From a virus (taxonomy: Duplodnaviria > Heunggongvirae > Uroviricota > Caudoviricetes), in the IMG/VR virus record IMGVR_UViG_3300001199_000001, positions 165,404 to 229,403 of that record: DNA of 64,000 nucleotides; one strand, 5' to 3'. The translations under genes were made by a program, and so were the position numbers. The notes beneath the pieces were generated by a model that did not search any database, was not told the DNA's origin, and saw only the letters and a program-made list of their open reading frames with translations. How positions within the stretch are numbered: position 1 is the first letter of the stretch; every line of letters begins with the position of its first letter. Of the stretch, positions 9,516-19,449 are shown piece by piece.

Positions 9516-9729
9516 CGTCGCTTTCATCTTCGTCATCATCATCCGGGAATCCGACGTATTCGATCTCGTCGTCATCGTTGAACTCCTCCGCATCGCCGAG
9601 GTCGATCACGCAGTCCATGTGGGCCAGGGCCTTGTGATCTTCGTCGATGTAAAGGGTATGCTCTTCGTAGACGCCAATCGGGCGGTCGCATAGAGGGCAG
9701 CAAGGGAGGGAGGTAACTGAACTTGACAT
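9502..9729 (-). CDS. hypothetical protein, CxxC plus acidic tail
   Basis: 75 aa; TTGACA promoter upstream near 9760. Confidence 0.6.
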   Translation of the reverse strand: MSSSVTSLPCCPLCDRPIGVYEEHTLYIDEDHKALAHMDCVIDLGDAEEFNDDDEIEYVGFPDDDDEDESDDDWN

Positions 9730-9806
9730 AACGCAACACCCAATTAGTAGTGGGTGTATGTCAACATGCCTGACATCTTATGTCAAGAAATCGAACATCT
9801 TGAAGG

Positions 9807-10289
9807 CTACTTAGCGCGTGAAATATGTTCGTCAGCGATTTTAGCGGCTGCTTCGTAGCGGGCTGCGTTCCAAAGCCGGGCCACTTGGAGGAGGGCAGCG
9901 AACTTTTCCTCAAGATAGGCGAAGGTTGATGGCGCGTTTTCCGGCATGTGCGCAAAGCCTGTGCCGATCCCATCGGCTGGCCAGATTATGATCCCACCGT
10001 TCTTCACATGCTCGAACAACGGCTTCATATCGACATCGAGCACACGCTTTTGCGACTCCGTCGCGGTAGCTTCTTCGATAAAGTAGACGCCCGGCTTGTA
10101 AAGAGTGGCGACGCCGACGGCATTGGGCTCATCACGCATTTCGCCAGCCTGTCCCGCATATCCGTAGCGGCCGATGTTATCGCCGAAGACATAGAGGACC
10201 GGATTGCCTGCGGCGTAATTTCGCTGCGCATCCTCGCGCTTGTAAATCTTCTGGAAGATGATCACGACGGCGCGCTCCGCTAACTTCAA
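9807..10289 (-). CDS. conserved phage protein (FGDN...GQA...R..PNA.G motif)
   Basis: LYVFGDNIGRYGYAGQA, PNAVGVAT, GIGTG; macro/SLOG-like alpha-beta fold suspected. Confidence 0.7.
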   Translation of the reverse strand: MKLAERAVVIIFQKIYKREDAQRNYAAGNPVLYVFGDNIGRYGYAGQAGEMRDEPNAVGVATLYKPGVYFIEEATATESQKRVLDVDMKPLFEHVKNGGIIIWPADGIGTGFAHMPENAPSTFAYLEEKFAALLQVARLWNAARYEAAAKIADEHISRAK

Positions 10290-10495
10290 TCCGTACTGAT
10301 CCTATTCCGCCGTGGTGCTAGAATGTCAAGGATATACACACTTGATGTTAGAATCCTTGACGTTTTAGGGGTTTTAAGTATCATGAAATAAATGGAACAG
10401 GTGTGCACGTGTAAAGAGAAGGGGTCGGCATCAGATGCCCACATCATCTACGCCCCCACACGTAACCCCCTGAGGCCTAATGAATATAAGCCTGT

Positions 10496-10942
10496 ATGGT
10501 ATGGGAGGAAAAGTTGCCCACTACACAACCTAATTCGGTCCGTGAGAGAAGATACCGTAGGCGAGACTTCAACGACCTCCACGACGAAGTCATCAAAGAC
10601 AAAACGAAAGACGAAAGATACAACGGCGGAGTAAGTAACGCGGTAAAAGCGGATTACATCTGCCGTGTCCTCGCACACCCTCGTGAAGCATTTGATCTCG
10701 ACTTGCCGTTTCCTTACGAGGACTGGGCTAAGGAAGACAATCAAGGCAAGATCAATGCCGGATTGTACCTCTGCGATCTCCGTGTGCAGTTCTACGGCGC
10801 CGTCCTAGAACGCAGTCAAGACCCGCACAGTGAGGTGTGGTTGAAACACGCCGAGGCGGAATTCTGGTGCGAGGCTTTCAACACCTTGACCCATGTCCGT
10901 CAGTTCGGTTACCTGCTCGAAGACGACAGGGATATCAATTGA
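10496..10942 (+). CDS. hypothetical protein
   Basis: 148 aa ORF; start uncertain. Confidence 0.55.
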   Translation: MVWEEKLPTTQPNSVRERRYRRRDFNDLHDEVIKDKTKDERYNGGVSNAVKADYICRVLAHPREAFDLDLPFPYEDWAKEDNQGKINAGLYLCDLRVQFYGAVLERSQDPHSEVWLKHAEAEFWCEAFNTLTHVRQFGYLLEDDRDIN

Positions 10943-11316
10943 CCACGCTTCCTATCTATGACGGCGCGATAAAGGCCCACAAGGTGTCCGCCTTCGTGAA
11001 ATGCGGCATAGGCTTTGACATCATTCGCCCAGGCTATGATTCGCAAGGGAGGCGTCATGCCTCTTGGACCCAGATCGTTCACGAGGGCGTCCCTATCTAT
11101 ACCGCCCGTATGATGCTGCCGCTGGAAAAGTTCATCGCCCGCTTCGAAGAGAAGTGGGCTGAACACATCGGCGATGATCTCGTGCTTATGCGACGGGCTC
11201 TCGAAGCGACAAAGAACGATCACATGAACCGCTTCAAGGATGGCGTTACCGGGGAGACCCCGGCGCCGTCGTTATCGCGTGATGGGCAGGGCGAGGGGAT
11301 TAACTACCTGTCATAA
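10939..11316 (+). CDS. hypothetical protein
   Basis: TTGA coupling with previous gene; start moved to TTG 10939. Confidence 0.55.
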   Translation: MTTLPIYDGAIKAHKVSAFVKCGIGFDIIRPGYDSQGRRHASWTQIVHEGVPIYTARMMLPLEKFIARFEEKWAEHIGDDLVLMRRALEATKNDHMNRFKDGVTGETPAPSLSRDGQGEGINYLS

Positions 11317-11335
11317 AAAACTTGGTCTGCAAGCG

Positions 11336-11364
11336 TTGACAACGCATTTAAAATGACTTAGATT
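11336..11364 (+). promoter_or_regulatory. sigma70-type promoter
   Basis: TTGACA-17-TAGATT before AGGAGG SD. Confidence 0.7.
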
Positions 11365-11392
11365 CCAACCTGTGACGAAAACAGGAGGTTCT

Positions 11393-12214
11393 ATGACAAT
11401 CAAGACCAAGGCCCCGGCTAAGCCCAAGGGCAAGAAGGCCGTCGTTCTCAGAGGCGACGCCAAGAAGACCCCCGTCAAGCTGCGCGGCGATGCCAAGAAG
11501 CAGCCAAAGGCCGTCGTCGCTGACGGTTCTGGTGTCTATTCCAACCGCATTCGCGCTCTCACCAAGCTGTCCGTGTCGTCCAAGGGCGGCGGCGGTAAGG
11601 CCACGCGGGTGGTCCCCAAGGTGCGCCGCGCTGCTGTGCTCGAACAGGATCAGTTCGCTGAAGTGATCCGGGCGATTGAGGACTACGACCTCACCAACGC
11701 CGTGCGCAACGAAGTCATCATGCGCCTGTCGTTCCAAGCTGGCCTGCGCGCCAAGGAGATCGCCGGACTTCGTTGGCTCCCCAACGTCCTTGATGCTAAG
11801 GGCAAGGTCGCCAAGATGCTGACGGTGACTCACGACATCGGCAAGCGCTCACAGGAGCGGCAAATCCCGCTGGCTCCGGAACTGCGTAAGGCGTTGCAAT
11901 ATCTGCTCGACGAAGGCCACAACTCCGAGCACGTCATCTATCGGCTCAATCCTTATGACGGGATTGACGGCATTTCACCGAACGGCGTCGTCCAGACCGT
12001 CAAGCGGTTCTTCAAATACGTCGGTTACGTCGGCTGCACGTCCCACTCCGGGCGCCGCACCTTCATCACCAACGCCGCTCGGCGGGCCAATCTTCACGGC
12101 TCCTCGATCAAGGATGTGCAGGAAATGGCGGGACACAAATATCTCCAGTCCACCACTAAGTACATCGAGCCTTCGGATCAACAGCATAATCTGGTGAACA
12201 GCCTTTACCGTTAA
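11393..12214 (+). CDS. tyrosine recombinase (catalytic domain with Lys-rich N-terminal tail)
   Basis: GLRAKEI (R), SHSGRRT (HxxR), AGH, TTKY catalytic set; AGGAGG SD before ATG 11393. Confidence 0.9.
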   Translation: MTIKTKAPAKPKGKKAVVLRGDAKKTPVKLRGDAKKQPKAVVADGSGVYSNRIRALTKLSVSSKGGGGKATRVVPKVRRAAVLEQDQFAEVIRAIEDYDLTNAVRNEVIMRLSFQAGLRAKEIAGLRWLPNVLDAKGKVAKMLTVTHDIGKRSQERQIPLAPELRKALQYLLDEGHNSEHVIYRLNPYDGIDGISPNGVVQTVKRFFKYVGYVGCTSHSGRRTFITNAARRANLHGSSIKDVQEMAGHKYLQSTTKYIEPSDQQHNLVNSLYR

Positions 12215-12218
12215 ATCC

Positions 12219-12446
12219 ATGAAACTGATCATCATCGTACGCAACGAGAGCGACCTCTTCGAGGTGTTTGAAAAGGAGGAGGGCGTTTTCGTCGGCTACT
12301 TCAACGGCGTGCTGTCCGTATCGTCGGCCTGCCCTAACACGGCCTATCGCGGCTTGATCAAGAAGCACTGCGTCGAGCGTCCACAACAGGCTGCTAACGT
12401 CGTCGATCTAGCCCAAGAGCGAGCGCGGCGGCGCCAGTCTGGCTGA
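12219..12446 (+). CDS. hypothetical protein
   Basis: 75 aa directly after recombinase. Confidence 0.55.
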   Translation: MKLIIIVRNESDLFEVFEKEEGVFVGYFNGVLSVSSACPNTAYRGLIKKHCVERPQQAANVVDLAQERARRRQSG

Positions 12447-12533
12447 CATTCAGAGTCAATAATCTTGACACCTCGCGCGATTTAGGGGAGGTTGGGGTTC
12501 CTCAAGAATTAACCCCCGCCCCCGTTCGCATGA

Positions 12534-15500
12534 ATGTCAGATCGTCTAGATTTCCTTAACGCCGCTATCGCCGCTCATGACGGCCCGTACCTCTTCGAGG
12601 TTGAAGGCGAGCGCCAGCAAGTTGCCCGCAACGCTGTTCGCGCAATTGCCGAGAGCGCCGAGCAACTTCGTATTTCCCCTATAACAGCCGATAACAAGGT
12701 CTGTTTCTTTTTCCGTGTCCTCGAAGAGGTCGAGGAAGATACATGGATGGGCGCCCGGCTTATGCCGTCGATGGTCCTCCAGAAGGGGGACAACCTTCTC
12801 CTCTGCTGGGCGTTGGAAGAGCCTGTCGACCTCAGTGAAGAGGTTGAGGCCTTTGGCCTCGACTTCGATGAGGGATTCACTGAAGACGCTATCCCGACGC
12901 CGGGTACCAACGGCTGGGGACTGGTCGCCTGTGATCCTGATCGAGCCTACCCCCTCGACGAGTTTTACCGTGTATACGGTAACTCGGAGGAGGCCGCTGA
13001 AGGCAAGGCTGAGCCTGCCGTGGTCAAGGATAGCCCGCCAGAACAATTGGTCTCCTTGGGCAAGTACGGAGACGCGGATATCTTCGCCGAGTTTGACGAG
13101 AACGACCCTGCCCTCGCTCGTGAGATCGTCGTAACGCTCGGCGCTAGTCGCGATTCGGTGAAGTGGAAGCCGACGAAACTCCCCATCGGAGCCTTGATCG
13201 GTAAGCTCTGCCGACATGAAGAAGGCAAGAAGGATGGGTTGTCTGTCGTTCTCGCCGACATGGTTCCGGGCCAACGTAAGAACAATTCAATCATCGCTGA
13301 ATACGGCGTCGGCCTCGATATCGACACCGGCATGCCCGCCGAACAGATAGACGCTGCGGTCAAGAAGCTCGGCATCATGGCAGTGCGCTACACCACGCAC
13401 TCCAACGGCACGGTCTCCACGTCTTTCTCCAGAGACGCGGTCGTTAAGAAAACGGGCGAGACCAAAATCACCACAGAGGTGATGCGAGATTACCTACGTA
13501 AAGAACACTCCTGGGTCCCGGAAATCCTAGACTCGGTCAAATACGAGACCAATGAACATACCGAACGCGGTATTCAGGTCGTCATCAGTCACAAGCCGAT
13601 GGCGAAGAACCGTCTGATCGTACCGTTCGCTTCGCCGTTCATCATCGCCGATGTCGCGGACACTCAAAAAAAGGCCTTGGACCTTTGGAAAGAGATTCCG
13701 CAAGGTCTCGCCGATCTGCTTGGCGGATTGCCGTTGGACACTGCCTGTTTGGAAGCGGCGCGTCTTTTCTATATGCCGCGTCACCCCAAAGGGCAGGAGT
13801 TCAGTGTGTCGCTGTTTGGCGGCAAGCTATTCGACTGGCAAACTCTGACGGCCAAATCAAACCTAGAAAAAGACCTCGAAAAACTGACAGGCGGTCGCAA
13901 GTCCGGCGGTCCTTCGACGGAACTGGGTCGAAAGCTGGGACGCTGGGCGATGACCAGCGCTCACGGTTTCCAGATCGCCACGGCCATCGAGGATCATCAG
14001 CCTGACCGTGTGCGTTTCGAAAAGGCTCCGGGCAATCTCGAAATCGAATGCCCGTTCGATGAGGATCACTCAAACCCCGGCGATCCGGAAGATCGGGCCT
14101 GTTTCGTGGTCAATGCCGGTGATGGCGCGGGCGATGCGTTCTTCGCACGTTGCCGCCATGATTCTTGTTCGGATAAAAATAACCTAGACATGCTCGGCAA
14201 GATGATCGCCGACGGATGGTTCGGTGACGAAATTCTGGCGGACGACAGTTATAACACCGCCCTGGTCGAAGACGCCCCGAATCCGGAAGTCGCCAAGCGC
14301 ATTGTCAAAGAAGACGAAGCAAAGGCTGATTATCAAGAAGCCATCGAACCACTCACACCCACCTCAGATGCCGGTACAATCGAGAAGGCGATCAGACTCG
14401 TACTCGAAGCCAAGCTGAATCCCATCGAACATAAGCAGGCCCTGAAAATGATTCAGAAGGCCATCAAACACACGGCAGTAGAAATGAAAAGCCACATTAG
14501 ATACGTCATGGGTCTTATCAAAGAGGCTGACGATGACAAAGACGGTAAGACCAAGAGTAAGTTCAACCACCTTGTTTACGAGTACGAAGGCGAGCCGCAC
14601 TTCCACGAGGCAAGCGGCATCTGTCTTGAGGAACTGATCAACGCCTCTCGCGATCCGAAGGACAAGAAAACGTGGCTTGAGCCTCAGTTCTCTTGTCTCG
14701 ACGAGCGATTGATGCGCATGCAATGGAATCGCGCTAAAACACGCGTCTCTTTTACACAACTTGATGCGACTTCCACGTGGGCGGAATTATCCGACCGGGT
14801 GGCTTTCGTTCGGGTCAGCGATGGTGTCCAAAGCAAGCCGCAGAAGGTTCCGGAAGATATCGCCAAGCACGTCTTCGTCACGGCCTACCGTACTTTGCCG
14901 CAGACGCCTGAAGTGCTTTACACGCCCTGCTTCACAAGCGCTGGCAAACTTATCACCGAACCGATGTGGTACACCGACGGTGATGATAACATCTTCCTCG
15001 TTGATACCGGTCTTCAAGTCGATCCTATTTCAGATGAGCCTGAAATCGAAGAGGTCGAAGAGGCCGTCGACTGGCTGGTCAACGATCTCATGGTCGATTT
15101 CGCGTTTCTCGATCACGATCTCGAAGGCAATGAGCGGGTCGAGCCTTCGCGGGCCAACGCGCTGGCAATGCTGATCACGCCGTTCATGCGGCGTATGATC
15201 AAGGGCGTGACCCCGGTCTTCTTCGTCACCAAGCCGATGCCGGGGACCGGCGGTACGCTGCTGGGCTCGATGCCGATGCTGATTTTCGACGGCGATAACG
15301 GCATGCCGCTGGCCTATTCCATGGCGGAAGACGAGATGCGTAAAATCCTCGTCTCGGCGATCATGGAAACTCGGACCTCGCTGTTCTTCGATGACGTGAA
15401 GGATTTCAACAACCGGACCCTGCTGCAATCGATCACGGCGCCGTCCATCGGTGGGCGTATCCTTGGCTCTTCGAAGAATGTCGAGCGGCCTAACAATTAT

Positions 15501-16169
15501 ATCTGGGGAGCCACCGGCAACAACCCTCACATCCTCAGTGAGATGGCTCGCCGCATCTGCTGGATCAGACTGAACGCCAAGACCGGGGATATCAACCAAC
15601 GGAAATTCACCGAGCGTTATCGCACGGGGGAAGACGGCAAGCCCGAACGTATCGAGTTCAACAACTGGGTACTGGAGACTCGCGGTAAGACCGTCTGGGC
15701 CATCTTGACGCTAATTCAGCACTGGATCGCTAGCGGATCGGTACCCTTTACCGCCCGTTATCTTACCACCTTCGAAGAATGGGGGAAGAAGGTCGGCGGC
15801 GTTCTACAGGCGGCGGGCATCGAAGGGTTCCTAGACAATCGACGCGTCATAAACGTTGACCAAGATGAATCGGCGATACGTCAGTTCGTTGTTGAATGGT
15901 CCAAGAGCGTCGATAGCCAGCACGGGCGTCCGATGCATCTGAAGGCGCTGCTCGATCTGGCGGCGCTCAATGAACTGGATATCCTTGAAGGCAACAACGA
16001 CGACCAGAAAAAGAGCCGGTTCCTGAAGATCGCTCGGACACTGCCGGGGCGCGTATTCAAGATCGGGAAAGTCGACTACATGGTTCACGAGACCTTGGAC
16101 GACGAAGACAATTATGCCCTCATCTTGAAACTCAATGATCCTGAACCGGCGATAATCGCCGCAGAGTAA
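12534..16169 (+). CDS. AEP primase-polymerase / Zn finger / P-loop ATPase fusion (replication protein)
   Basis: LDID, YTTHS, RLIVP, D....ARLFYMP AEP-like motifs; CPF..H...C.H..C; PGTGGT, FFDDV, ATGNN, RRI ATPase-like motifs. Confidence 0.75.
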   Translation: MSDRLDFLNAAIAAHDGPYLFEVEGERQQVARNAVRAIAESAEQLRISPITADNKVCFFFRVLEEVEEDTWMGARLMPSMVLQKGDNLLLCWALEEPVDLSEEVEAFGLDFDEGFTEDAIPTPGTNGWGLVACDPDRAYPLDEFYRVYGNSEEAAEGKAEPAVVKDSPPEQLVSLGKYGDADIFAEFDENDPALAREIVVTLGASRDSVKWKPTKLPIGALIGKLCRHEEGKKDGLSVVLADMVPGQRKNNSIIAEYGVGLDIDTGMPAEQIDAAVKKLGIMAVRYTTHSNGTVSTSFSRDAVVKKTGETKITTEVMRDYLRKEHSWVPEILDSVKYETNEHTERGIQVVISHKPMAKNRLIVPFASPFIIADVADTQKKALDLWKEIPQGLADLLGGLPLDTACLEAARLFYMPRHPKGQEFSVSLFGGKLFDWQTLTAKSNLEKDLEKLTGGRKSGGPSTELGRKLGRWAMTSAHGFQIATAIEDHQPDRVRFEKAPGNLEIECPFDEDHSNPGDPEDRACFVVNAGDGAGDAFFARCRHDSCSDKNNLDMLGKMIADGWFGDEILADDSYNTALVEDAPNPEVAKRIVKEDEAKADYQEAIEPLTPTSDAGTIEKAIRLVLEAKLNPIEHKQALKMIQKAIKHTAVEMKSHIRYVMGLIKEADDDKDGKTKSKFNHLVYEYEGEPHFHEASGICLEELINASRDPKDKKTWLEPQFSCLDERLMRMQWNRAKTRVSFTQLDATSTWAELSDRVAFVRVSDGVQSKPQKVPEDIAKHVFVTAYRTLPQTPEVLYTPCFTSAGKLITEPMWYTDGDDNIFLVDTGLQVDPISDEPEIEEVEEAVDWLVNDLMVDFAFLDHDLEGNERVEPSRANALAMLITPFMRRMIKGVTPVFFVTKPMPGTGGTLLGSMPMLIFDGDNGMPLAYSMAEDEMRKILVSAIMETRTSLFFDDVKDFNNRTLLQSITAPSIGGRILGSSKNVERPNNYIWGATGNNPHILSEMARRICWIRLNAKTGDINQRKFTERYRTGEDGKPERIEFNNWVLETRGKTVWAILTLIQHWIASGSVPFTARYLTTFEEWGKKVGGVLQAAGIEGFLDNRRVINVDQDESAIRQFVVEWSKSVDSQHGRPMHLKALLDLAALNELDILEGNNDDQKKSRFLKIARTLPGRVFKIGKVDYMVHETLDDEDNYALILKLNDPEPAIIAAE

Positions 16170-16170
16170 G

Positions 16171-16197
16171 AAAAAGGCCCCGAAAGGGGCCTTTTTT
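16171..16197. terminator. bidirectional intrinsic terminator
   Basis: AAAAA-GGCCCC-GAAA-GGGGCC-TTTTTT between convergent genes. Confidence 0.92.
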
Positions 16198-16594
16198 ATT
16201 CGGGGAGTTTTAGTTTGAAGGCCGATTTCTCGATGCCCTCGACAACATCGTTCAAGTCCGGGCTGTCTGGCATGCCCTCATGGGCGAGGAGGTCAGCCAG
16301 AATGAGGATACGTTCGATGACCACCTGTTGTAGAGCGATGTTCAGCGTCGGCGGCATCGTCCGGGAGCCGTTCAGCCACCGGGTGATTTGGGCCTTGGAA
16401 AAGCCGATCTGCTTGGCGAAGTCTGCTTGCCAGTGAGTCCCGTAGAGAGTTTTGCCGACGCGCTTCAATAGGTCCGCCACCAGCGCCGAGTCTGGGGGGA
16501 TCGTGTCGCTAATGTCTCCTGAAACCGTGTCTCGCGAATGTCCATCGGCGGTGACGGCTTGGGCTTCTTGTTCTTTTTGCAGCGTAGTATCCAT
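16196..16594 (-). CDS. XRE-type HTH protein
   Basis: LYG..WQADFAKQIGFSKAQITRWLNG. Confidence 0.75.
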   Translation of the reverse strand: MDTTLQKEQEAQAVTADGHSRDTVSGDISDTIPPDSALVADLLKRVGKTLYGTHWQADFAKQIGFSKAQITRWLNGSRTMPPTLNIALQQVVIERILILADLLAHEGMPDSPDLNDVVEGIEKSAFKLKLPE

Positions 16595-16627
16595 GACATG
16601 AGTTCCCCGTAACCTTGCGGTTAGGCA

Positions 16628-17218
16628 CTAGCTCCCGTTTTTAAGGAGAGCGGCGAATTTGAAGATATCCTGTGGTTGGTCCTGATTACGAGCGCGCCAA
16701 GCCGTAGAATTACGACCTACTTGCACCATTGAACCGGGACCGAGATATTCAGCCATCTTCAACAATTCATCGCCTACGGTCGTTGGGAAGTAGAAAGCCC
16801 GCGTGCCGCGCCAACCGACGTGCTGGACGACAGAACGGATAATCCCATTTTTCCGCAGTGATGTAACGATGTTCTGTAGCGTATTTTGCCTTTGACCGGT
16901 CATTTCCATCAAGTCAGTGATGGTCACGCCGGGGTTTGGCTCGGCATTTGTTCTCTTAGAGAGCCAAATGCGCCAGATGGCTTTATAAGTATCGAAGTGA
17001 GGGAAGGAAATCTTCGCGACCCCGCGAGGCGTCCGGACAAGAATGAAGTCCTGTCTATGACGCGTCCCGGCGGCGCGCATCTTTTCCATGCGTCCACCCG
17101 GATCAGCCTTGGCGACTTTTGAGGTATCGTCCCGAGGCGGACGGCGACGCGCAGGATGGGTCTCTACGACCTCTGCGGCGTTATCTTCCAACTCATGGGC
17201 CGAAATCTTGGTGGTCAA
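16628..17218 (-). CDS. winged-helix DNA-binding protein (putative)
   Basis: TITDLMEMTG...LQNIVTSLRKNGII; start uncertain. Confidence 0.55.
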   Translation of the reverse strand: MTTKISAHELEDNAAEVVETHPARRRPPRDDTSKVAKADPGGRMEKMRAAGTRHRQDFILVRTPRGVAKISFPHFDTYKAIWRIWLSKRTNAEPNPGVTITDLMEMTGQRQNTLQNIVTSLRKNGIIRSVVQHVGWRGTRAFYFPTTVGDELLKMAEYLGPGSMVQVGRNSTAWRARNQDQPQDIFKFAALLKNGS

Positions 17219-17357
17219 GGCTTTCTCCGCTGTGTCTCGGTCACATAAACCATTTCGCTCTGCCTGTCAACACTTTAGCACCGTAAACAATTGTTGACGG
17301 CTGGATTTCGTGTGGCATTGTGAGGACATCGTCCACTTAAAGTGACTCATAATCCCG

Positions 17358-17738
17358 ATGTACAAGACTAGCGCCAAGACGATCCATCAAGCTCGCAAGC
17401 AATTCAACCGCCTCAAGACCGACGGCCAAGAGCGCACCCGCTTGCGCGATGTTATGGAATCCGGGAAACGCCGGTTCGGCCGTAAGATGGGGCGCACCAA
17501 GACTCCTGAGCAGGAATATCAAGCCCTGATCAAGGAAGGCATCGTGCGCGTCACCCGTCGTCGTGGCCATTACCCGCTGATCGAGGTGAAGTGGAACGAC
17601 GGTTGGGTCGAGCTATCGACCTTCAACCTGACCGATGAACAGGCTGAAGAAGTCGAAGCCCGTATCGCCGCCGCTCGCGAAAAGACTGAAGCTGCAAGCG
17701 AGCCTAGCGATCAGACGGTGACGGCGTCCGCCACCTGA
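17358..17738 (+). CDS. hypothetical protein
   Basis: 126 aa; TTGACG promoter near 17294. Confidence 0.65.
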   Translation: MYKTSAKTIHQARKQFNRLKTDGQERTRLRDVMESGKRRFGRKMGRTKTPEQEYQALIKEGIVRVTRRRGHYPLIEVKWNDGWVELSTFNLTDEQAEEVEARIAAAREKTEAASEPSDQTVTASAT

Positions 17739-17743
17739 GTCCT

Positions 17744-19444
17744 TTATCGCCAAGAATTAACAATAGGGTAGCGACGGTCACGTCCATGGATTTTGGACGT
17801 GATCTTCACTCCCGGCGCCGCCTGCCTGCGCTTATATTCCGCCCGGTCAATCAAATGACGGACGCGGTTGACGACTTCTTCGGCATAGCCACGCAAGGCG
17901 ATGATCTCAGCGCGGGACATCTCACCCTCGATCATCAGCATCAGAATGTCGTCGAGCACCGCGTAAGGCGGTAAGCTGTCCTCGTCCTTCTGGTCGGGGC
18001 GAAGTTCTGCCGATGGTGGCTTGGCGATGATCTCTTCCGGAACGACCTGCGCTTCGGGACCGAGAAACCCGTAATCCCTGATCTCACCGATATAGAGTTC
18101 ATTACGCCAGCGGCACATTGCCCAGACCATGGTCTTGTAGCAGTCCTTGATCGGATTGAAGCCGCCAGACATGTCGCCGTAAAGGGTGGAATAGCCGACA
18201 CTCACTTCCGACTTGTTGCCAGTGGTCAGAAGGAGATGACCTTCCTGATTGGAGATCGCCATCAGGATGTTACCCCGCGCTCGGGCCTGGATGTTTTCAT
18301 CTGCAACGCCCTTCAAGTCTTGACGGGTATGCTCCCCGGTAGCGTCGTCCACAGCATAGTAATAGGCGTCACGTAGGGCATCCACGACGCCTTCAATGCC
18401 GATGGTGCGCATCGGCGCGCCTAGCCTCTTTGACCCCGCTTCAGCGTCGTCCAGGGAGCCTTGGCTGCTATACTTCGACGGCAGGCGGACAAGATGAACG
18501 TTCTGAGGTCCGATAGCATCCGCCGCCAATGCCGCGACAAGCCCGGAATCGACTCCGCCTGAATAACCAAGCACGACAGATTGGAAACCCTGCTTGCGCA
18601 TATAATCTCGTAGGCCGAGCACGCAGGCTTGGTAGACCTCGCCAATTTCCTCAGCGTCGTCGACATAGCCTTCCGCCATGGTGACCGGGTCACGCGTATT
18701 GGTCAGGTCGGTTTCAAAATATCCAACCCCCTCGACAAACCGAGGCGCGAACTGGGTGCCTTCCTTGCCGACAAGATACGAGCCGCCGTCAAAGACAAGT
18801 TCGTCCTGACCGCCGAGCATATTGACATAGAGGAAGGGTAAGCCCGTCTCGGTGACACGAGCGCGGATAACGTCTTGCCGCTTCAACGTCTTGCCAGCCT
18901 CGAAAGGCGATCCATTGATGGCGATGAGGAAGGCGGCCCCCGTGTCGCGCAGATTCTCCGATACCGTCGGAAACCATGCGTCTTCGCAGATCATCAACCC
19001 AAGCCGATACCCACGCCACTCGAATGAATTATTACCATGCTCGGAACGGCTGAAGACGCGTTTTTCGTCGAACACGCCGTAGTTCGGTAGCTCAGACTTA
19101 ACCACCACGATATTTTTGCCGGTGGTCGGGTCGACCAGAATGGCGGCGTTGTTGATACAGCCCGACAGGTCCGATAGCGGAGAGCCGAAGATCAAGGCCG
19201 CCTTTCGCCCAGAAGCCTTCACCGCTCTGACGAGTTCACTGACCTTGGCGTTAACCGCTTCGATGAAGCTCGCCCGAAGGACGAGGTCTTCCAGCGGATA
19301 GCCAGTCAGGACACATTCAGGCATGACGACGAGGTCAGCGCCTTGGTCGTCGGCGGTGAAGTAGCTCTTGAGGATAAGTTGATAGTTGCCATCCAAATCC
19401 CCAACGGTGGGGTTGGCGTGAACAACTGCGATCTTGATCTTCAT
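17744..19444 (-). CDS. nadE: glutamine-dependent NAD+ synthetase
   Basis: nitrilase domain (PE..LTGYP.EDL, LPNYGVFDEKR, ICEDAW) plus SGGVDS, ENIQARARG, TTGNKSE, PSAELRPDQ.D; start moved to ATG 19444. Confidence 0.96.
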   Translation of the reverse strand: MKIKIAVVHANPTVGDLDGNYQLILKSYFTADDQGADLVVMPECVLTGYPLEDLVLRASFIEAVNAKVSELVRAVKASGRKAALIFGSPLSDLSGCINNAAILVDPTTGKNIVVVKSELPNYGVFDEKRVFSRSEHGNNSFEWRGYRLGLMICEDAWFPTVSENLRDTGAAFLIAINGSPFEAGKTLKRQDVIRARVTETGLPFLYVNMLGGQDELVFDGGSYLVGKEGTQFAPRFVEGVGYFETDLTNTRDPVTMAEGYVDDAEEIGEVYQACVLGLRDYMRKQGFQSVVLGYSGGVDSGLVAALAADAIGPQNVHLVRLPSKYSSQGSLDDAEAGSKRLGAPMRTIGIEGVVDALRDAYYYAVDDATGEHTRQDLKGVADENIQARARGNILMAISNQEGHLLLTTGNKSEVSVGYSTLYGDMSGGFNPIKDCYKTMVWAMCRWRNELYIGEIRDYGFLGPEAQVVPEEIIAKPPSAELRPDQKDEDSLPPYAVLDDILMLMIEGEMSRAEIIALRGYAEEVVNRVRHLIDRAEYKRRQAAPGVKITSKIHGRDRRYPIVNSWR

Positions 19445-19449
19445 CTCGT

